From an uncultured bacterium (GTDB taxonomy: Bacteria; Babelota; Babeliae; Babelales; Babelaceae), in NCBI GenBank assembly GCA_963722385.1, contig CAVRKK010000002.1, positions 992,001 to 1,056,000 of the forward strand: a stretch of DNA of 64,000 nucleotides, read 5' to 3'. Positions within the stretch are counted from its first letter, which is position 1; the number at the start of each line of letters is the position of its first letter. Position numbers and translations under genes: made by a program. Below the pieces are notes generated by a model that saw only the letters and a list, made by a program, of their open reading frames with translations, searched no databases and had not been told where the DNA came from. Below, one piece after another: positions 36,150 through 47,078 of this stretch.

Positions 36150-39100
36150 ATGCCTAGCTTGCTTGCACGTAATGAGACTATTCGTAGATCATTTGGTAAG
36201 ATCAAAGATATAGTTCCTGTTCCTAATTTAATTGAGATCCAGTCACGCTCGTTTAATGAGTTTGTGCAGCTTGACTATTTGCCAGCAGAAAGGAAAGCGA
36301 TAGGGCTTGAGAAAGTCTTTAGGGATATTTTTCCGATAGATTATAATGATAAGATGTCCCTTGAGTACGTGAGCTATGAGCTTGGTCAATGGGCGTGCAC
36401 CTGTGGGAAGCTTGCGGGAATTGTCAACCGCTATACATGGTCATGTACTTCATGCAAAAAGTCGGATTGCTCACGCTTGGATGATGCGCATACATGTACC
36501 TTTTGCCATAAGCGAACGGCTCGCTATAAAGCGTGCCCAAATTGCTTGTCGCGGGTTACGATTAAGTTGCCATTAACACTTGATGAGTGCCGTTCGAGTG
36601 AGCAAACTTTCTCAATGCCGTTGCGTGTGACCATGCAGCTTATTACCTGGGATCAACCTGAGGGAGGCCAAAAGGTCGTTCGGGATATTAAAGAGCAGGA
36701 TATTTTCTTTGCTGATGTACCTGTTATGGTCGATCTTTACGAGGAGAACGGCCAGATTCTTTTAGGCAACCTAGGGACGTTCTTAATTAATGGCGTTGAT
36801 CGCGTCATTGTGAGCCAGTTGCATCGTTCGCCGGGGGTTATCTTTTCACACAGCAAGCGAGTCAAGGATATTCGCGGCAAGCCCTACTATCTTGCGCGAA
36901 TAATTCCTATGCGGGGGTCGTGGCTTGATTTTGAATTTGATAGCAATGATTTCCTCTATGTTCGTATCGATAAGAAAAAGAAGCTTCTCGTAACAACGTT
37001 CTTGCAGGCGCTGGGCATTGAGCGCGATAAGATTGTTCCGCTCTTTTACCGATTTGATCGCATTATCATGGAGCACGGTGAGTATAGCCAGAGGCTTGAT
37101 GATGCCGTTATGGGAACGCGCATTGAAGCGGGCATGACCGAGCTTGAGAATGAAGAAAATTTTATCGGGAAGCGTATTACCAAAGAGATTGTTGCGCGCC
37201 TTAAAAAGGCAGGCATCGATCGCTTAATTTTGCGTAAGAGCCATGTGCTCAATCGTGTCATCGGTGCCGACGTTGTTGATCCTATTACCGGTCAGATCAT
37301 TCTTGAGACGGGAGCAACGCTTACGCAAGAAGTACTTGATGAGCTTACGAAATATAAAAGCTTGACGATTGACCTTATTGCTTCGGCGGGCTATGTCTTG
37401 CAGCCTACCATTGTCTTGACCTTGAGCCAGGATAAAACGTTTTCTGAAGAAGAAGCCCTTCGTGAGTTGCATGCAAAAATGTGGCCTGGCGATGGTGCTT
37501 CGGTTGCAGAGGCGAAAGAGCACCTTGAGAACCTATTCTTTAATTCGCGGCTCTATGACTTAACCAAGGTAGGCCGTATTCGAATGAATCGGAAGCTCGG
37601 CCTTTCAATTCCTGATGATGTGCTCACGCTTACCCGCGAGGATATACTTGCGACGATTGCGTATCTCATTAACTTGCGTGAGCGGGGTGAGGGCGAGCTT
37701 GACGATATTGACCACTTGGGCAATCGCCGCGTGCGTCTTGTAGGCGAACTGTTAACCAATCAGGTGTATTTAGGGCTTTTGCGTATAGAGCGGATCGTGA
37801 GGGAGCGGTTTAGGCTCCAAGAAACGCATAGCGCTTTGATGCCTCAGGATTTCTTGAATGTTAAGCCATTGAGCGCTGTTCTGCGTGAGTTTTTTGGCAC
37901 GGGCCAGTTATCGCAGTCGATGGATCAAACAAACCCGCTTGCTGAAATTGCGCATAAGCGGAGGCTGTCGGCCCTCGGGCCTGGTGGCGTGCTCAAAGAT
38001 AGGGCAACTTATGAGATCCGCGATGTGCATAATTCCCACTATGGTCGTATATGTCCGATCGAGACACCAGAAGGCCAGACGATTGGTTTGATCTCATCGC
38101 TGGCAACGTATGCGGTGGTCAACGACCTTGGCTTTATAGAAACGGCTTATCGCCCGGTGATTGAAGAAAAGGTACAAGATAAGGTTGTTTTCTTGGACGC
38201 TTTTGAAGAAAGTAGCCAATATATTGCGCAGGCGGATGCGGTTAAAGATGGCGAAAAAATTAAGCAGAAAGAAGTGGTCGCGCGTCACCATGGCAATTTC
38301 CAGTACGTAGATGCAGCACAGATCAGCTTTGTTGACTTGTCGCCTAAACAGCTTGTTTCCGTAGCAACGGCGCTTATTCCCTTTTTGGAGCACGATGACG
38401 CGAGCCGTGCCTTAATGGGTGCTAATATGCAGCGTCAGGCAGTACCGCTTATTAGAACGCAGCCGGCTACCGTTGGAACGGGCATGGAGAAGGAAATTGC
38501 GCGTGGATCGGGTGCTTGCGTCGCAGCACGGCGTAATGGCGTGGTAGATTATGTTTCAGCTGATAAGATTGTTGTCCGCGCTCATGAATCAGATTTTAAA
38601 AATACGGATGAGTGGATTTCCCAAGGTGTTGATATCTACCATCTGAGAAAATTCCAACGCTCAAGTTATAGCACCTGGATTCACCAGACGCCAATTGTCC
38701 AGCAAGGGAATCAGGTTCGAGCAGGTGATTTGTTGACGAATGCAGCATCGATTAACAGAGGTGAGCTCGCGCTCGGTGCCAACTTGCTCGTAGCGTTTAT
38801 GCCGTGGAACGGCTATAACTTTGAGGACGCTATTGTTCTTAATGAGCGACTCGTTGCTGAGGATGTTTTTACCTCAGTACACATTGATGAGTACGTTGCC
38901 GATGCTCGTGAAACGAAGCTTGGCCCTGAAGAGATTACGCGTGATATTCCTAACGTAAGCGAATCGGCTCTTGTCGGTTTGGACGAGGATGGTGTTGTGC
39001 GTATTGGCACGCGGGTGCGGCCGGGCGATATTTTGGTTGGTAAAGTGACGCTCAAGGGCGATGTTCAATACTCTCCTGAAGAAAAGCTCTTGCGAGCAAT

Positions 39101-40472
39101 CTTTGGTGAAAAATCACGTGAAGTGAGGGACACTTCCTTGCGCGTACCACCAGGCATTGAGGGCACCGTTATTGATGTTAAAATATTTTCGCGTAGTGGC
39201 GCTCGTAAGGATAAGCGATACAAAGAGTTTGTTACCCAGGAAACCAACAGGCTGCAGGCAGAGTTTGAGATGTACCGAAGCTCGCTTGAGAAAATGGTAA
39301 GTCAAAAATTTGTTGCTGAGCTTCACGAAAAAGAGCCACAGGGCAAGGTCTCTGCAAAGCTGTTGGCCAAAAAGCTTTTTGACGCTGCCAAGCTAGCTGA
39401 GCTGGCTTTTGATGAGCTTATCGTTTTGCGGTCAACTGAAAAGAAGGTAAATACGCTGCTTGATGACCTTAAGGCGACGTTTGATAACCAGTTAAGGATA
39501 CTTGCGGGCTTGCAGGAAGAAAAAGTTGAAAAGCTCAAGCGCGGGGATCCATTACCATCTGGCGTTATCAAAATGGTTAAGGTATATATTGCGATGAAGC
39601 GGGCGATCCAGGCGGGCGATAAGCTGGCCGGGCGCCATGGCAACAAGGGAGTAGTCTCGATTATTGTACCTCGGGAAGATATGCCGTTTCTTGATGACGG
39701 CACCGCGGTTGATATTGTGCTCAATCCGATAGGCGTCCCATCACGTATGAACGTGGGCCAAATTTTGGAGACGATATTGGGCATGGCGGGGCGCACGTTG
39801 GGTAAGGGCGTGGGTCATATGCTTGAAGCTGCTCGTTATGGCGAGGTAAAAAAGCTGCTTGAGAAATATTATGGCAGTGAGCTTATCAAATCATATGACG
39901 CTACCTATGGCAAAGAAGGAATTCTTGAGCTTGCGCGCAGGACGGCGGCTTATGGTGTCTTGTACAGAACCCCTGTTTTTGATGGTGGAACGTTTGAAGG
40001 CGATATACGGCCTTTATTAGCCGAAGCTGATTTACCACAAACAGGAACCTTTAGGCTGCGCGATGGGCGTACCAATGAGTATTTCGATCAATCGGTTACC
40101 GTCGGCTCGATTTACATGATGAAGCTTAATCACATGGTTGATGATAAGCTGCACGCTCGATCGGTCGGACCGTACTCATTAGTGACGCAGCAACCACTCG
40201 GTGGTAAAGCGCAGATGGGTGGTCAGCGTTTTGGTGAAATGGAAATATGGGCACTTGAGGCATATGGGGCTTCTTATTCCTTGCAAGAGGTGCTTACGGT
40301 GAAGTCAGATGACGTTGCGGGTCGCCATAAGGTATATGAAGCGATCGTACGTGGCGAGGATGTTCCGGAGCCAGGCATACCAGAGTCATTTAATGTATTG
40401 ATTAAAGAGCTGCAAAGCTTAGGCGTGCGCGTTGATCTCTTTAAGAGTGGCAAGGAGGACGTTAGTGAGTAA
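36150..40472 (+). CDS. rpoB: RNA polymerase beta subunit
   Basis: HKRRLSALGPGG, CPIETPEG, GDKLAGRHGNKG, GGQRFGEME. Confidence 0.99.
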   Translation: MPSLLARNETIRRSFGKIKDIVPVPNLIEIQSRSFNEFVQLDYLPAERKAIGLEKVFRDIFPIDYNDKMSLEYVSYELGQWACTCGKLAGIVNRYTWSCTSCKKSDCSRLDDAHTCTFCHKRTARYKACPNCLSRVTIKLPLTLDECRSSEQTFSMPLRVTMQLITWDQPEGGQKVVRDIKEQDIFFADVPVMVDLYEENGQILLGNLGTFLINGVDRVIVSQLHRSPGVIFSHSKRVKDIRGKPYYLARIIPMRGSWLDFEFDSNDFLYVRIDKKKKLLVTTFLQALGIERDKIVPLFYRFDRIIMEHGEYSQRLDDAVMGTRIEAGMTELENEENFIGKRITKEIVARLKKAGIDRLILRKSHVLNRVIGADVVDPITGQIILETGATLTQEVLDELTKYKSLTIDLIASAGYVLQPTIVLTLSQDKTFSEEEALRELHAKMWPGDGASVAEAKEHLENLFFNSRLYDLTKVGRIRMNRKLGLSIPDDVLTLTREDILATIAYLINLRERGEGELDDIDHLGNRRVRLVGELLTNQVYLGLLRIERIVRERFRLQETHSALMPQDFLNVKPLSAVLREFFGTGQLSQSMDQTNPLAEIAHKRRLSALGPGGVLKDRATYEIRDVHNSHYGRICPIETPEGQTIGLISSLATYAVVNDLGFIETAYRPVIEEKVQDKVVFLDAFEESSQYIAQADAVKDGEKIKQKEVVARHHGNFQYVDAAQISFVDLSPKQLVSVATALIPFLEHDDASRALMGANMQRQAVPLIRTQPATVGTGMEKEIARGSGACVAARRNGVVDYVSADKIVVRAHESDFKNTDEWISQGVDIYHLRKFQRSSYSTWIHQTPIVQQGNQVRAGDLLTNAASINRGELALGANLLVAFMPWNGYNFEDAIVLNERLVAEDVFTSVHIDEYVADARETKLGPEEITRDIPNVSESALVGLDEDGVVRIGTRVRPGDILVGKVTLKGDVQYSPEEKLLRAIFGEKSREVRDTSLRVPPGIEGTVIDVKIFSRSGARKDKRYKEFVTQETNRLQAEFEMYRSSLEKMVSQKFVAELHEKEPQGKVSAKLLAKKLFDAAKLAELAFDELIVLRSTEKKVNTLLDDLKATFDNQLRILAGLQEEKVEKLKRGDPLPSGVIKMVKVYIAMKRAIQAGDKLAGRHGNKGVVSIIVPREDMPFLDDGTAVDIVLNPIGVPSRMNVGQILETILGMAGRTLGKGVGHMLEAARYGEVKKLLEKYYGSELIKSYDATYGKEGILELARRTAAYGVLYRTPVFDGGTFEGDIRPLLAEADLPQTGTFRLRDGRTNEYFDQSVTVGSIYMMKLNHMVDDKLHARSVGPYSLVTQQPLGGKAQMGGQRFGEMEIWALEAYGASYSLQEVLTVKSDDVAGRHKVYEAIVRGEDVPEPGIPESFNVLIKELQSLGVRVDLFKSGKEDVSE

Positions 40473-43400
40473 TTCGATTCTTGAGAGATTTAGAGAATAT
40501 ATTCAGGCTAACCAGTTTAACGCTTTTAAGGTTAGCCTTGCTTCTTCGGAAAAGATTAAATCATTATCATATGGTGAAGTTAAAAAGATAGAAACGATTA
40601 ATTACCGTACGCTTAAACCGGAACGCGATGGGCTCTTTTGCGCGCGCATTTTTGGCCCGGTCAAAGATTGGGAATGTAATTGCGGCAAATACAAGCGCAT
40701 GAAGCACCGGGGGATTACGTGCGAAAAATGCGGCGTAGAGGTTATACAGGCGCGTGTTCGACGAGAGCGGATGGGGCATATACAGCTTGTATCACCGGTC
40801 TGTCATATCTGGTACTTAAAGGGGGTTCCCAGCTATTTGAGCTTGGTATTGGATATGCCAATCAAGGACCTTGAGCGTGCGATTTATTTTGATGCATACT
40901 TGGTGGTTAATCAGGGCAAGTCGCCTTACCCGCGCAAAACTTTGCTCTCGTCCGGCGATTATGAAAATTATAAAGATTTGCATCCCCAAGATGACCAGTT
41001 CTACGCTGAGATGGGCGCTGAGGGTGTCAGGCAGCTTTTGGTCTTGATGGATTTGAATCTTGAGGTACGCAAGCTGTCTGAAGATTACGCTAAAACGACA
41101 TCGGTGGCTATTCGCCATAAAATTATGCGCCGTATGAAAGTCTTTAAAGGGCTGATGCAAGGTAATTTGCGGCCCGAGTGGATGATATTGGCCATTTTGC
41201 CGGTGTTGCCTCCCGATTTGCGGCCATTGGTCCCTCTTGAGGGCGGTCGCTTTGCAAGCTCGGACTTAAATGAGCTCTACCGGCGTGTGCTTAACCGGAA
41301 TATTCGTCTCCAACGACTGATTGAAATAGAAGCGCCTTCCGTTATTATAAAAAATGAAAAGCGAATGTTGCAGGAGTCAGTAGACGCTCTTATTGATAAC
41401 GGGCGTCGAGGCCAGCCTGTTCGCGGTTCGAATAAGCGGCCGCTCAAGTCGCTGAGCGAGATGCTTCGCGGCAAGCAGGGGCGCTTTAGGCAAAACTTAC
41501 TGGGTAAGCGTGTTGACTACTCTGGTCGCTCGGTGATTGTGGTTGATCCCGAGCTCAAGCTTGACCAGTGCGGGCTTCCGAAGGCAATGGCGCTTGAACT
41601 TTTTAAATGCCATATTTATGGAGCGTTGCTTGAGCGCGGGCTGGCTCCCAACCTGCGCGTTGCCAAGCGGATGGTTGAAGAATTAGTGCCAGAAGTATGG
41701 GATATGCTTGAAGAGGTTGTCAAGAATCATCCTGTTCTTTTAAATCGTGCGCCAACACTTCACCGCCTCAGTATCCAGGCCTTTTATCCGATTCTCGTTG
41801 ATGGGAAGGCTATCAAGATACATCCGCTTGTCTGTCAGGCATTTAACGCTGACTTTGACGGTGACCAGATGGCCGTACACGTACCATTGAGCCAATGGGC
41901 TATCAAAGAGGCGGCCGATTTGTGCTTGTCAACTAAGAATATTTTGTCACCATCTAATGGTCGCCCGCTTACCGTGCCAACACAAGACATGGTTCTTGGC
42001 CTCCACTATTTAACCAAGGTGCGTTGCCAGGTTCCTGGGGAAGGAATGGTCTTTGCTTCTACGCAAGCGGTTATTACCGCATATGAAGTTGGCAAGATTG
42101 CACTTCACGCTCGTATTAAGGTTCGCTTAGCGACCGGAGCGCTGATTGACACGACCGTCGGGCGGGTCTTGCTCTACGAGGCGTTGCCAAGCGGTGCGCC
42201 GTTTGAGCTCGTCAATAAGGTTATGACGCGGAGCGATTTAAGTAAAATGGTTGAGCGTATTTATCATGTCTTTGGCGCTGAGGCAACGGTAAAAAGTCTC
42301 GATAAGATTAAGAAGCTTGGTTTTTACCACTCGACCATGGCTGGTATTTCATTTGCTATTGATGACTTACTGATTCCTTCGCGTAAAGATGAAATTATTC
42401 GTAGATCTGAAAAAGAGGTCGCTCGGATTGAACAGCTCTACCGCGAAGGTGTTATTACCAATGGTGAGCGGTACAGCAAGGTTATTGCGCTTTGGTATCA
42501 TGCTGCCAATGAGGTGGCGGTAAATATGGCCCAGGACCTTGAAAAGCAGGATCGCAGCGCATTTGTCAATGAGGATAAAGAAAACCAGGCGTTTAACCCT
42601 ATTTTTATGATGCTTGAGTCAGGGGCTAAGGGTTCTAAGGAACAAATAAAGCAGTTAGTCGGTATGCGTGGTCTGATGTCGACGCCGACGGGCGAGGTTA
42701 TGGAAACGCCCGTTAAAAGTAACTTTAAGGACGGCTTAAGTGTTTTTGAGTACTTTATTTCGACACACGGTGCTCGTAAAGGCCAGGCTGATACAGCATT
42801 AAGAACTGCTAACTCAGGTTACCTCACCCGACGCCTTGTTGACGTAGCGCATGATGCCGTCGTCCTTACGTATGATTGTAAGACGCTCGGGTATATTGAG
42901 CTTGAGGACTTGCAGGAGTCAGGTGACATTATTTACCCATTGTTGACACGTGCTTACGGACGGGTAACCGCGGCAGATGTTAAGGACCCGCTTACCGGAC
43001 AGCTCTTGCTTAATCAGGGTGATGTTATTGACCGTGAGCGTATTGAAAAATTGAGTGAATCGGCAGTGAGCAAAATTAAAGTGCGCTCTACGCTCGTATG
43101 CCAGGCTAAACGTGGTGTTTGCGCGCTCTGTTATGGCTTAGACTTGTCGAAGGGCCGTATTGTTGACATCGGCACCACGGTGGGTATTATTGCTGCGCAG
43201 TCGATTGGTGAACCGGGAACGCAGCTTACGATGAGAACGTTCCACGTTGGGGGTACGGCTACGCTGACGGAGCAATCCCACTTTGTTGCCAAACGTCCTG
43301 GGGTGATTCAACTGCGTAATTTGCGAACGGTTAAAAATCGGGATAATCAAACGGTTATTATGAGCCGTAAGGCCCGTCTTGCTATACTCTCGGCTGACGG

Positions 43401-44541
43401 TCGTGAGTTGCAGCGGCATAATCTTGAGTATGGTTCATTATTGCTCGTTGATGAAGGGCAATTAGTGACCGCGGGAACGCGGCTTGCTGAATGGGACCCG
43501 CACAGTAAAGTAATTATTACTGAGTACGCTGGCAAGGTCCAGTATAACGATTTGGTGGAAAACGTAACGATTCAGGAACGTTTTGACGAAACGAGTAACC
43601 GATCGACGCGCGTTGTTCTTGATCACAAAGGTGATAAGTACCAGCCAGCACTTGGTATTACCAATGAGGAGGGCGACGAGGTCGCTCACTATTATATACC
43701 GCCGGGCTGCCAGGTCAATGTTACTGCTGGTCAACAGGTTGCTGTCGGTGATATTTTGGTTAAGATGTCACGTGAATTATCCCGAACGCGCGATATTACC
43801 GGTGGTCTGCCGCGGATTGCCGAGCTCTTTGAAGCGCGAATTGCTAAAGATCCAGCTATCTTATCAGATATTGATGGCGAAGTGGTCTTTGGTGGTATTT
43901 ATCGGGGTATGCGTAAGGTCTCGGTGGTAAATGGTGATGAGTCATACGATTATTTTGTACCGCGTGGCAAGCAAATTAACGTTGTTAATGGTGATAAGGT
44001 TAGTGCCGGTGACCCGTTAACGTCGGGTACGCCAGTGCTCCATGATATCTTGCGTATATTGGGGCCTGACACCTTGCAGCGATACCTGGTTAATCAGATT
44101 CAGGAAATTTATCGGCTTCAAGGTATTGATATTAATGATAGGCATATTGAGCTTATTGTGCGCCAGATGATGCGTAAAGTCCGTATTGTTGACCCAGGCG
44201 ATACTGACTTCTTGATAGGCGATCGTGTTGATAAGATGCACTTTAAAATGGTCAATGCTGCGTTGGGTGCTGAAAACAAGCGCGTGGCAGTGGCAAAGCC
44301 TATGCTGATGGGGATAACGCTTGCTTCCTTGGGAACTGAAAGCTTCCTCTCGGCTGCATCATTCCAAGAAACAACACGAATCTTGGCAGAAGCGACAATG
44401 GCAGGGCAAGTTGACTATCTTTATGGATTAAAAGAGAATATTATTATAGGTAAGCTTATTCCTGCAGGGACAGGGATTAAGTCCTTTAGGGAAAAGTATT
44501 TAGAAAACGTGCCGCAAGAGAACCATGTTTCTGCGGCATGA
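40465..44541 (+). CDS. rpoC: RNA polymerase beta' subunit (GTG start)
   Basis: SD AGGAGG; NADFDGDQMAVH, GEPGTQLTMRTFH. Confidence 0.99.
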   Translation: MSNSILERFREYIQANQFNAFKVSLASSEKIKSLSYGEVKKIETINYRTLKPERDGLFCARIFGPVKDWECNCGKYKRMKHRGITCEKCGVEVIQARVRRERMGHIQLVSPVCHIWYLKGVPSYLSLVLDMPIKDLERAIYFDAYLVVNQGKSPYPRKTLLSSGDYENYKDLHPQDDQFYAEMGAEGVRQLLVLMDLNLEVRKLSEDYAKTTSVAIRHKIMRRMKVFKGLMQGNLRPEWMILAILPVLPPDLRPLVPLEGGRFASSDLNELYRRVLNRNIRLQRLIEIEAPSVIIKNEKRMLQESVDALIDNGRRGQPVRGSNKRPLKSLSEMLRGKQGRFRQNLLGKRVDYSGRSVIVVDPELKLDQCGLPKAMALELFKCHIYGALLERGLAPNLRVAKRMVEELVPEVWDMLEEVVKNHPVLLNRAPTLHRLSIQAFYPILVDGKAIKIHPLVCQAFNADFDGDQMAVHVPLSQWAIKEAADLCLSTKNILSPSNGRPLTVPTQDMVLGLHYLTKVRCQVPGEGMVFASTQAVITAYEVGKIALHARIKVRLATGALIDTTVGRVLLYEALPSGAPFELVNKVMTRSDLSKMVERIYHVFGAEATVKSLDKIKKLGFYHSTMAGISFAIDDLLIPSRKDEIIRRSEKEVARIEQLYREGVITNGERYSKVIALWYHAANEVAVNMAQDLEKQDRSAFVNEDKENQAFNPIFMMLESGAKGSKEQIKQLVGMRGLMSTPTGEVMETPVKSNFKDGLSVFEYFISTHGARKGQADTALRTANSGYLTRRLVDVAHDAVVLTYDCKTLGYIELEDLQESGDIIYPLLTRAYGRVTAADVKDPLTGQLLLNQGDVIDRERIEKLSESAVSKIKVRSTLVCQAKRGVCALCYGLDLSKGRIVDIGTTVGIIAAQSIGEPGTQLTMRTFHVGGTATLTEQSHFVAKRPGVIQLRNLRTVKNRDNQTVIMSRKARLAILSADGRELQRHNLEYGSLLLVDEGQLVTAGTRLAEWDPHSKVIITEYAGKVQYNDLVENVTIQERFDETSNRSTRVVLDHKGDKYQPALGITNEEGDEVAHYYIPPGCQVNVTAGQQVAVGDILVKMSRELSRTRDITGGLPRIAELFEARIAKDPAILSDIDGEVVFGGIYRGMRKVSVVNGDESYDYFVPRGKQINVVNGDKVSAGDPLTSGTPVLHDILRILGPDTLQRYLVNQIQEIYRLQGIDINDRHIELIVRQMMRKVRIVDPGDTDFLIGDRVDKMHFKMVNAALGAENKRVAVAKPMLMGITLASLGTESFLSAASFQETTRILAEATMAGQVDYLYGLKENIIIGKLIPAGTGIKSFREKYLENVPQENHVSAA

Positions 44542-44549
44542 TAAACATC

Positions 44550-44624
44550 AGGCGCGTAGCTCAGGGGCAGAGCACTGCTTTGACGTAGCAGGGGTCAGCG
44601 GTTCAATTCCGCTCGCGCCTACCA
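44550..44624 (+). tRNA. tRNA-Val(GAC)
   Basis: AGGCGCG/CGCGCCT stem, CTGCT-TTGACGT-AGCAG anticodon arm, A73, CCA. Confidence 0.93.
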
Positions 44625-44662
44625 TGACAACGTTATGGATACACTTAATAGAGGTTTGATGC

Positions 44663-44929
44663 ATGATTACGTCGGAACGTAAAAAGCAATTAATGACAGA
44701 GTATCATATACATGAGCACGATACGGGATCGGTGCAGCTTCAGGTAGCGCTGTTGACGGAGCGTATTAACCAACTTAATAAGCACTTTCTGCGGCACAAG
44801 CAAGATTATGCTTCGCGTCGCGGTTTGATGCAGTTGGTAGGCCAGCGCCGTCGCTTTTTGCGCTATCTTGAGCGTACGGATAAAAAAGCGTATCAAAGCA
44901 TGATTGGGCGGTTAGCGCTTCGTGCTTAG
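44663..44929 (+). CDS. rpsO: 30S ribosomal protein S15
   Basis: DTGSVQLQVALLTERI, SRRGL..LVGQRRR. Confidence 0.97.
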   Translation: MITSERKKQLMTEYHIHEHDTGSVQLQVALLTERINQLNKHFLRHKQDYASRRGLMQLVGQRRRFLRYLERTDKKAYQSMIGRLALRA

Positions 44930-44989
44930 GCTTAGGAAGGATCCCTGCGGCATAGAGTTAATTAATCTTGTAGAGATAGGTTTATAGTA

Positions 44990-47065
44990 ATGGTAGAAAA
45001 AACATTCAAGTTAGGGGAATACGAGGTTACGCTCGGTAAGTTTGCGCAGCAGGCGGATGGCTCGGCGTGGGTGCGGCATGGAGGAACGGTTGTTTTGGCT
45101 ACCGTTGTCTCGGCGCCTTCTAAAGAATTTCCAGGGTTTTTGCCGCTTACCGTCGATTATCGGGAGCTCTTTTCTGCAGCAGGTAAAATTCCTGGTGGCT
45201 ATTTTAAGCGCGAAGGCAAATTTACTGACAAAGAGGTTCTTACCGCGCGCTTAATTGACCGTGCGATACGGCCATTATTTCCGCCTAATTATTTTAATCA
45301 GGTGCAAGTGTTAGTTACCGTTTATTCGGTAGATAAAGAACACATGCCACAAACGCTTGCGTTGCTGGCGACCTCTATAGCGTTAACAACGTCGAAGATA
45401 CCATTTATTGAGCCCGTGGGGGTTGTTGAAATTGGGCGAGTTCAAGGCCAATGGGTCGTAAATCCGCTCTATCCGCAGACGCTCGAGTCGGATGTCCGGA
45501 TCGTTGTTGCGGGTACACATGATGGTGTGTGCATGGTAGAGGGCTCTGCTCAAGAAATTACCGAGTCCCAGTTTATTGATGTGCTTTTTATGGGTCACGA
45601 GGAGCTCAAGAAGCAGGTTACGTGGCAGAATACTATTCAGCGTGAGCTGAGTGTTGTTAAAGAGCATGTCGTTGATCATTTTGATTGGGATTTGTGGAAG
45701 CAGCGTGCTGAGGCTTATATAACCGAAGACCAGGCAAAGCGCTTTTTTAATGTTGATAAAGTAGCGCGTCAGGAAGTTGAAGAAGCCGTACATAAGGCTT
45801 TTTTGACCACCCATGCACAAGAGGTTGAAGCAAATAAGGTTTCTGAAACGTTTTTAACCTACGTGTTTGACGAGGTATGGCGTGAGCAGATTACCCGGCT
45901 TTGCTTTACGATGAACCAGCGCTTCGATTTGCGTAGCTTTGATACCGTGCGGCCTATCAGTGTTGAGGTTGGTCTGTTGCCGTTTGCTCACGGATCATCT
46001 TTATTTACGCGCGGACGTACGCAGGCATTGGCGAGTGCGACACTTGGTGGCGGTTCCGAAGGCGGCTTCCGCTTTGAAGGTCTCATGGATGAGCGCCCTG
46101 ATGGTATGTTCTTATTGCATTACAATTTTCTGCCTTTCTCGGTGGGGGAAGTAAAGTCTATGCGTGCACCGAGCAGGCGTGACGTGGGCCATGGGCATCT
46201 TGCTGCTTCGGCCATTACGCAGGTTTTGCCAAAAAAAGAAGAGTTTCCTTATCTCATTCGCATTGTTGCGGATATTCTTGAGTCTGATGGCTCCACCTCA
46301 ATGGCAACCGTGTGCAGTTCTACCATGGCTTTAATGGACGTAGGCGTCCCTATTCGAAAGATGGTAAGTGGAATCGCCATGGGCCTTTTAAGGAGTCCAG
46401 CAAATGCGTTTCAGGTGCTGACTGATATTTCAGGTAGTGAAGATGCTTTTGGCCTTATGGACTTTAAAGTAGCTGGAACGGCTGATGGTATTCTTGCCGT
46501 CCAGATGGATATTAAGCATAAGGGTGGCCTTAAGCGTGAAGTTTTTGAAATGGCGCTTGAGAAGGCGCGCAAGGCACGCTTGCATATTCTTCAGGAGATG
46601 CAAAAAGTTATGACGGCACCCCGTGCTGAATTATCCCCACTTGTACCGCGTGTTGTTATGGTTAAAGTTCCTAAAGAAAAAATAGGGGCGATTATCGGTA
46701 CGGGCGGCAAGGTTATTCGTGAAATAACCGAAAAGACTGCGACGACGATAGATATTGAAGATACGGGATTAGTAAAAATCTTTGGGCAGCCTGGTCCGAA
46801 GCTTGACCAAGCAGTGAACTGGGTTAAGCTGTTGGGAGGCGATGTTGAGCGCGGAACGCAGTATTTAGGTACCGTAAGGCGTATTGCTGACTTTGGCTTG
46901 ATTGTTGAGTTGGTACCAGGTCTTGACGGCCTTGTGCACGTATCAACAATCCCACGTCAAGATCAAGAAAAGCTCTTGCGTTCTACGAAGCTTGACGATA
47001 AAGTAATGGTAGAAATTACCGATTACGATCCGGAAAGTGGTCGAATCCGTTTAAAACTGGTATAG
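44990..47065 (+). CDS. pnp: Polynucleotide phosphorylase
   Basis: FLPLTVDYRE, GKIPGGYFKREG, MDFKVAG, KH and S1 domains. Confidence 0.97.
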   Translation: MVEKTFKLGEYEVTLGKFAQQADGSAWVRHGGTVVLATVVSAPSKEFPGFLPLTVDYRELFSAAGKIPGGYFKREGKFTDKEVLTARLIDRAIRPLFPPNYFNQVQVLVTVYSVDKEHMPQTLALLATSIALTTSKIPFIEPVGVVEIGRVQGQWVVNPLYPQTLESDVRIVVAGTHDGVCMVEGSAQEITESQFIDVLFMGHEELKKQVTWQNTIQRELSVVKEHVVDHFDWDLWKQRAEAYITEDQAKRFFNVDKVARQEVEEAVHKAFLTTHAQEVEANKVSETFLTYVFDEVWREQITRLCFTMNQRFDLRSFDTVRPISVEVGLLPFAHGSSLFTRGRTQALASATLGGGSEGGFRFEGLMDERPDGMFLLHYNFLPFSVGEVKSMRAPSRRDVGHGHLAASAITQVLPKKEEFPYLIRIVADILESDGSTSMATVCSSTMALMDVGVPIRKMVSGIAMGLLRSPANAFQVLTDISGSEDAFGLMDFKVAGTADGILAVQMDIKHKGGLKREVFEMALEKARKARLHILQEMQKVMTAPRAELSPLVPRVVMVKVPKEKIGAIIGTGGKVIREITEKTATTIDIEDTGLVKIFGQPGPKLDQAVNWVKLLGGDVERGTQYLGTVRRIADFGLIVELVPGLDGLVHVSTIPRQDQEKLLRSTKLDDKVMVEITDYDPESGRIRLKLV

Positions 47066-47078
47066 GGAAGAAACCCTT

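Noticed and set aside
44539..44541. Alternative genetic code
   Set aside because: TGA terminates rpoC and others normally, and conserved genes have no in-frame TGA.
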